Assembly (NCBI GenBank): GCA_051294375.1
Contig: CM119267.1
Span: forward strand, 25,245,783-25,309,782
DNA length: 64,000 bases
Direction of reading: 5' to 3'
DNA from: Paraspadella gotoi
Taxonomy: Eukaryota; Animalia; Chaetognatha
Program-made: the position numbers and the translations under genes
In this document: positions 57,054 through 64,000 of the stretch, piece after piece
Layout of the letters: every line of letters starts with the position of its first letter
How positions within the stretch are numbered: position 1 is the first letter of the stretch
The notes under the pieces: model-generated
Told to the model about the DNA's origin: nothing
Seen by the model: the letters and a program-made list of their open reading frames with translations, nothing else
Database searches by the model: none

Positions 57054-59974
57054 ATGGCGAACTATACGCCTCACCTCTTCACTCACGCGATGCGACGCGT
57101 GCCTCGTCAAGTGGCTCAATTTCCTGAGAGACTCAAGTTTAAGAACCGAATGACGCGTCACAAAAAGGCCAATAACGCTTTCGTCCAGCCCAAGGCTGTC
57201 GTATACCCAATGGAGGAGGAGGTACTGTACAGTAAGGCGTAGTAATATTTCTAAATTTAACTTTAATTAAAATTCTAAAAGTGAGGAACGATCAACATTA
57301 TACTAATGAACATTTAAATATTAAAAAAATTTATAATAAATTTTATAATTTACGCAGTAGGCCATATACTAGTACTAATCCAATAAATGTTAAAATTTCA
57401 AAACAGTTTTTTCTAAATTTTTTTGCAGATTTGGATTCGTCATAAAAAGTTGATAAAAAGAAATATAATTCTTTTTGAAAAATTCCTTCATTAAGTGGGT
57501 CAAAATTTAGAAAAAGCTATATTTTAACCCACTTAATGAAAGAATTTTTAATAATGATTTGTTTTTTTTTTATCAACTTTTGACGAGGAATTCAAATCTG
57601 CAATCAAAATTAAGAAAAGCCTATTTTGAATTTTTTCGATTTTATTCTACTATAAATAAATATAGCCTACTTCGAAAATTAAAAAACATAAAATTATGTT
57701 TTTTTACAAATTAATGTTCACTGATGGTATGTTGTTCATAATTGACTTTTAGAATTTCCGTACGTAACTTTCACTACGCTTTACTGTACAGTGTACATTA
57801 GGGTCAAGTGAAAGTTAGGAATTGAAATTTAGCAATTATATTTTGAAAATTATCATATTAGTGAATACTAATCTGTAGTTATTTTTCTTTTTTTTATAAA
57901 TATAGTAGCCCAGTCAGCTTATTTTGTATATAGTATTACCCTTATATAATGTCAAAATTTTAAAATGTTTTTTTTTTTATTCTGAGAATAGATTAAGATT
58001 CCTTGTTAAAAGTTGATAAAAGAAAATATAAATTTTTATCAAAAATTATGTTATTAAGTAGGTTAAAATTATAAAAAAACTATATTTTTAAATTGGAAAT
58101 TGAAAATCGGTGTCTTAATTATAGTTTTTAACATTTTTGACTAACTTAATAAAATATTTTTTAAAAAGAATTATACTTTCTTTTATCCACTTTTTGTAAG
58201 GAATCCAAATCCGATCTTAAAATTAGAAAATTAGCCTATTATATACTTATTACTATGTATAAATATAGCTCACTGGTGCCCACTAATGTATAAAATTAAA
58301 AAATAAATTTACCAAAGTATTTTTAATGGTTTTTATGTTCATGTTTTATATGCTAAATTTTAATTTTCTAAAATTTTATAATTTTCACATCACTCTAGTG
58401 TACATGTGCTTAATAAGGATCACTATAACGAATAATATCTGCTTACCTAGATCATAAGCTACTTAGTAAATAATTATATAACAAAATAAATAAATAAGAA
58501 AAATACCTCTTAAGATTATTATTAGTACTAATCGTATTATTATTTTTAGTTTTAGTATTATTATTATTATTATTATATCAAAACGCGTCGATGATCAAGT
58601 CGAACGCAATTTCAAAGTTTTAAACCATTCGATTTTTCCTTTACCCCTAAGCTGGCAGCGTGGCGCGGTGGACGCCCTTACACTCAGGAGGAACTGTGGA
58701 ACGTCTCGTTGATGTTTCCAATGCAACGTCTGGATCGGATCGCGGACTCTGTCACCCAACTCGTCCGTCAGGAGAGGATCGAAGGGAGGAAGGTCGACTT
58801 GGAGGTAAGGAGGATCGTTTCAATCATCAATAGTTCCTCACTTATCTCATTCTCATTCTCTCTCTCTCTCTCTGTCAACCCGCGCAGGATGTCCGTCCCT
58901 ACGCTGAACTCTTGATCCAACTTGCGGCGCGGAACGGAGATCGGCATCGACCCACGATGGAGATGGTCGACTTTTACCTCAAGGAGAAAGACCTCGTTCC
59001 CAAACTCTTCGACGTTCTCGTTCCCAGATTCGCCTCTTTTCGGTGCTAATTTTTTTCGCTTTCGTTGATGTTAATCCATTAATTAATCCTTTCTCATAAT
59101 ATTTTTTTTTCAGGTCGTGTTTCACCAGCCTCTACACGCTCCCTCCCGAAGATCTTCGAGTGGCTCGTCAACGGAATAAGTTGCAGCTACAGATGCGCGG
59201 AATTCTCGAGCTCAAGGTTTTTTTGCGGAAGTGGGGAAATGGGGACGGAGAGTTGGAGGGTTTGGGAAAATTTTTGCTGACAGGAGAGAGACAGGGTTGT
59301 AGTGAACGATCGAGTAAGGAGGAAAATGGATGAGTTGTTCTTGGGCGGAAAAAAGAGATATATGTATATTGTTGCAAATTCGATGGTTTATGTGGAGACG
59401 AGGAGACGAACTCATTAGTGGAATTTTTTGTAGAGAACTTACCTCGTTTCGGCATTGTTTGGCTCGGCGAAAATCAGTTGATTTTGAATATACTCAATCT
59501 CGATTTTAGAATCGAAATTTTGATCAAAGCAACAAAACGAGATTACAATAAAAATCATAATTAAATTTAAACTTTAAATAAACACGAACCTTTTCCTTTC
59601 ACCCCAAGGGAAATCCTTGGCCGGCTGTGATTCCCAATCGCCGCGACCACTCTGGCCTCCTCACTAACGTCCTTCTTCGCGCTGCCCGCTCCGCCCGCGA
59701 AGAGGAGCTCGACCGTCGGGCGCGACGGAGCGTCGCCGAAAAAGTTGACGCTGTCGGCGAGAGCTTGGAGGCGCCATCGATCGAGGCCGTCGCATCCATG
59801 ACGTCGGCGACAGATTCTTACTTGAACTTAGTCGACGAAGACGTCGAAAGACTCGAACTACGAGTCGAGGACGATCGAGCTGACGACGGCGTAGACGATG
59901 TTGACGATGATGACGACGACGATGTCAATATTCAAATAAAAAATTTGGATCTAAATCTTTCGACGAGAAGTTAA
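57054..59974 (+). CDS. MRPL17: Mitochondrial ribosomal protein L17 (bL17m); exons 57054-57221, 58652-58804, 58888-59042, 59114-59216, 59609-59974
   Basis: Spliced product VTQLVRQERIE...VRPYAELLI...MEMVDFYLKEKDLVPKLFDVLVPRF...ILELKGNPWPAVIPNRRDHSGLLTNVLL matches MRPL17 motifs. Confidence 0.88.
57230..57786. mobile_element. Foldback MITE with Tc1/mariner-like ends in MRPL17 intron 1
   Basis: TA|CAGTAAGGCGTAGT ... ACTACGCTTTACTG|TA, with long internal inverted symmetry. Confidence 0.8.
57796..58400. mobile_element. Second foldback MITE, adjacent, with related internal sequence
   Basis: TA|CATTAGGGTCAAGTGAAAGTTA ... ATAATTTTCACATCACTCTAGTG|TA imperfect TIR; internal AAAAGTTGATAAAAGAAA and ATTAAGT(A/G)GGT(T/C)AAAATT shared with its neighbour. 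Confidence 0.7.
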
Positions 59975-60199
59975 AACTTTTTAAATAAAGAGTTAACACT
60001 GTGATTAATCATTTTGTTTGGATTTTTTGTTGCAGGCGATCGATAAATATCGAAATAACTGACATTATGGACATATCTCAATCCGTGACTTTTTATAATT
60101 AGTATTTCGATTATTTATAAAAGACAAAGACACCAACTCGGTTGTCAGTCGAAGAGAGACGATATTCGATAAAGTCGATTGCAAACACCAAATTTGGTC

Positions 60200-63100
60200 A
60201 TGTTCAAAAAACCCAAACGGAACTTTCGAAAACGACAGGACAGCGACGTCGAAGACGAAGACGATGCTGCCGCTTCCGGCTTTTCCGGCCCCTTCGTCTC
60301 TCATTCCTCCGGTTCCGTTACCGACGCAGTGCGCGGTCCCGTAGTCATTCGAACCCAAATCGGCGGTGGCGGCGGCGGGACAGTCCCGCTCATGGATCAA
60401 AAGCCCTTCGTTCCAGGGTTTCACCGCGAGGTAAGTTCAGCGCTAAATGCTATTTTACTGTTAGTAAAATTGCTGTGACACTGTGAAGTCCATTAGCAAT
60501 TCGTTAACGGAATCAATGAATTCTAATAAATCAATCAATCCATTTGACAGGCTGCGACGGAAGACCTTGACGGATTGAGTGAGTTTGAGTTGGCGCAGAA
60601 ACTCAAATCTCAATCGCGGGAAAAGAAGAAAAAGAAAAAGGAGATGATGAAAGAGACGCCGCCCTCGTCTCTTCTTAGCTTCGACGCTTTGGAAGACGCC
60701 GATGTCGAACAGCCTTTCAAGATCAAAAAATCGAAGGTATGAAATTGGAATAACCAATATAAAAATTGTCAAGTTTTAATAAATTTCTTACTGTTATTAT
60801 TCTTTTTATCGTCGCAATCGCTTTGCGGTTGCAACGATCTCGTAAGTCGTAACGCTTTTGGGCATAAGTGGCGTAGGCGTCGTCGTCGTCGTCGTCTTCG
60901 TCGTCGGTGTTCCAAATTATAGATCGCCTTTTTGATGATTAAATTGACAATCGCAAAATATATATATTTTTTTCTGTTTATAAATTAATTTTATTTTCTC
61001 AAATTTTATTTTTTTTAGTATCAAAATTTGTCGTCAATCCAGATTTTTCTTATGCGATTGCGACGATCCTTGTGCTTTTAAGATTTTTAATATCCTTTTC
61101 TCCGTATTTCAGGAGAGCAGAAGATTGGAGCGAGAAATGAAGAAGGAGAAACGTTTGGAGAAAGCGAGGAGGAAGATGGAGGAGGAAGGAAGAGAAGGCG
61201 TGAAGACGGAACGAGACGACGACGACGACGACGGCGACGAGGGTCACACCTTCATCGACGCCGATGGAATTCACATCCGCGTCAAGAATTTCAACGTCCC
61301 GACCTCCGTGGCGACGCCTTCGTCTACGCTCTCTGGACGAGACGTCAAGCCGTCGGCGTTGTTGGGAGGCGGAAGAGAACCGAAGCGGGAGGATGATGAT
61401 GAGGAAGATCATAGACGTAGCGCGGAAGATGACGATGATGACGACGAAGACATCGATGACTATGGCTCCTCTTCCCCGCGCGAAGACCGATTCGGCGTCT
61501 CACGTCGACGCGCCGAGGGACCCCGTCTTCAACGAATGCTGGAAGAGGGAAAAATCCCCGATGCGGCGCTCATCCATGCCGTTCGCAAGCGGCGCCAACA
61601 GTTGGCCCAAGGCAGCGGCGTCGAGGGCGGCGCTGATTTTGTGCCATTGAAAAATAAAGCGTCTGGATCTTCGAGCCGAGGAGGCGGTGCTGGAGGATCG
61701 AGGCTTGTCAGCGAGGATCAAGAGTACGACGAAGACATGACTCAACCGCTCAAGTTTTCCGTAGATCAGTACGCGGCGCAGCGACAGGTTAGTTGGGTGA
61801 AGCTGTTGGACATAAACTCTCGTCATGATCCGTCGATTATTAAACTTTAGTAGATGTTAATTAGACCTTTATTAGACTTTAATCGGTGATTAATGTTCCC
61901 AATTTGTATTAGAAGTTGTACAATTATGTTTTGTCTTTCTCTCCTAGGAAATTCGCGACAACTTTTTGGCCGCCGAGCACGGCAGCGACGACGCCGACAG
62001 CGACGATCCTGAGAACGACGAAGCTCTCCGGCGATGGGAACGCGATCAAATCAAGAAAGGATTCACCGGCGCCGGCGGAAGTGGCGCTGCTTCCGTAACC
62101 GGCGCCAACGGTGCCAGTGGCGCTGCTTCTCCGACTCCAATGGAGTCGTTGGTCGGCACTTATTACGGATGTACGTCGGACGCGGTCAACTCGGCCGTCG
62201 CCGCCGCCGCCGCCGCCTCCCTAGTCTCTGGTTCCGCCTCTTCCTCTTCAAACGGCCCCTCCGGCGCGGCGGGCAATCGTTACGCCGCCGCTGCGATGGC
62301 CGCCGCCGCCGCCTCGGCCGCCATGCCAGACTCGATATTAGATATTAAAAAGCGACTTCGATCCCGACTGGACGGGTTCGAATCCGTTGCCCGCGGTCAC
62401 CGTCAAGAACTCGATTCTCTTGAAGACTCGCTCGCTCTCACCGAGCATTCTATCCGCACTCACGACTCAGACGTGAGGCGTCTCGAAAAAAAGTATACCT
62501 TCTTCCAGGAGACTCGTTGCTACGCGACGGATCTCGTCGATTGCCTCGACGACAAGTTGCCGAAGATCGAGGCGTTGGAGGCGTCTGCCCACGCGCTCTG
62601 GCGAAAAAGGGCGGAAAGATTACAGAATCGATATCAGGTGGATTTTTGTTTTTCAGAAATTATTCGCTAAGAATTTAAAAGCTGATAACAAATATAACTT
62701 AACTAATATTACGATTTTGTTATTTCGAGGCGGACGTGCGAGACGCGGCCGCCAGATTCGCAACCTCCAATCCATCGAAGACTCTCGACGCCGAGACGAA
62801 GAGACGGCTCGTGGATCGGGAGTGTCGACGCGCGCGACGGCGCCAGGCACGGGCGGCTACGTCGGCTTCTCGCCATGAGGAGGGCCTCTCCACCGACGAC
62901 GAGGAGGCCCCTTCGGACATCCAGACATTCAGGGACGAACGCCTTCGTCTACATCAGTCGGCCGCCGAAATTTGGGACGACGTCGTCGACGATTTCCATC
63001 GATTCGATCTCGTCCTCAAGCGCTTCGAAGAATGGAAGCGGCTGCACGGCGATTCTTATCAGAACGCTTTCGTTGCCTTTTGTCTTCCGGGACTTCTAGC

Positions 63101-64000
63101 GCCTTTTGTGCGGATGGCCTTGATCGGCTGGTCCCCCTTTCCCGTCTCCTTAGACGACGGGGGCGGTTTCGAAGACTCCGAGTGGTTCCAAAAGGTGTTA
63201 ATGTACAACGCTGCCGGCGCCCGCCTTGCCGACTCCCTCTCTAACGGTCGCGCCTTCTCACCGCACCTCAATGGCGAAGCCAGCGACGACGACATCGACG
63301 ATGACGGAGGCGTCAACGTCGACAAAGACGTCGACGGAGATGAAGACTTTAAAATTATTCCTCGTCTGGTGGAGAAAGTGATCGTCCCGAAGTTGGCGTT
63401 TTTCGTTGAGGACGTCTGGAATCCCTTGTCCTCGGTGCAGACTAGAAGACTCTCCAAGCTCTTGCAACGGCTCGTCGATGAATATCCTTCCGTCCACATG
63501 GATTCTAAGAACGTTCAGGTAATGGTGGTGACTATTCTAATTAGCGAGTGCGTATTTAGTGTCAAAATTAATGTTTAAGTATTAATCATGTTGAGCGAAA
63601 TGGCCTCGAGACGATTCTCAGTTATTCTGTTTTAACTCAGGCGATGGTAAAGGCGGTTGTGGCGCGGCTTAAGCGGTGTCTTAACGAAGACGTCTACGTG
63701 CCTCTCTACTCAAAAGAGCTTTTGACCGACAAAACCTCAGAGGCTGCTGCCTTTTTTGACCGACAGCTCTGGACCTGCATCAAACTCTTTGGCCATATCT
63801 TCCAGTTTTCACAGTTTTTGGGTTTGGCTCAGTTGCAGGTTCGTACGACAAAAGATTTAATACTAAACCAGTGGCTCCGCCAATACATGTAAATCGTTTT
63901 CAAGGGCTTAAACTGAACTGTTACTGCGCTATTAATAACATTTTGGTACTTAAAATATATTTTGTAAATCAAGATTTTTTTTTTTTTTGCTTACGTCATT
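60200..64000 (+). CDS. PAXBP1: PAX3/7-binding protein 1 / GCFC family (Ntr2-like), 3'-truncated by the window end
   Basis: MFKKPKRNFRKR, LLSFD, GKIPDAALIHAVRKRRQ, RRWERDQIKKG, KYTFFQETRCYATDLVDCLDDK, HEEGLSTDDE, SYQNAFVAFCLP, WNPLSSVQT. Confidence 0.92.
60803..61088 (+). mobile_element. Helentron-like element, copy 4 (internally deleted), in a PAXBP1 intron
   Basis: Both subTIRs, (GTC)n and the 3' stem-loop are retained; most of the core is deleted. Confidence 0.8.

Noticed and set aside
1-64000. Numerous antisense/overlapping ORFs in the track; also CRISPR arrays, rRNA, tRNA and an SL RNA gene
   Set aside because: The overlapping ORFs are shadows of GC-rich exons. No repeat-spacer array, rRNA, tRNA or SL RNA (donor + Sm site) was recognised.

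Overview
Gene-dense eukaryotic (metazoan, probably bilaterian invertebrate) genomic DNA with GC/CpG-rich exons and short AT-rich introns. 22 recognisable protein-coding genes all lie on the + strand: SRSF1/9-like, CHMP2A, GTF3C3, CMPK1, PLPBP-like, PRELID3, EIF2S1, DNAJB9, BCL2/MCL1-like, PSMG4, POMK, CK1 delta/epsilon, ARHGAP17/44-like, ATE1, INTS4, SH3BP5, MPP7-like, SLC4 NBC/NDCBE, cyclophilin, SATB/Compass-like homeobox, MRPL17 and PAXBP1. Stop-to-ATG gaps are often only 52-700 bp and most ATGs have a splice-acceptor-like site just upstream. This points to polycistronic (operon) transcription resolved by SL trans-splicing (inference). Other highlights: (1) a UGA-C stop followed by a stem-loop and a spliced, in-frame 250-400 codon extension in the MPP7-like gene, i.e. 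candidate programmed stop-codon readthrough; (2) two diverged, covarying type-P5 twister-ribozyme-like RNAs and a Penelope-type minimal hammerhead core inside introns; (3) four copies of a DINE-1/Helentron-like non-autonomous element and several TA-flanked MITEs; (4) derived proteins, including a PLPBP lacking the PLP lysine, an SR protein lacking its RS domain and SWQDLKD motif, and a one-homeodomain SATB/Compass protein. All gene calls come from remembered family motifs, not database searches.
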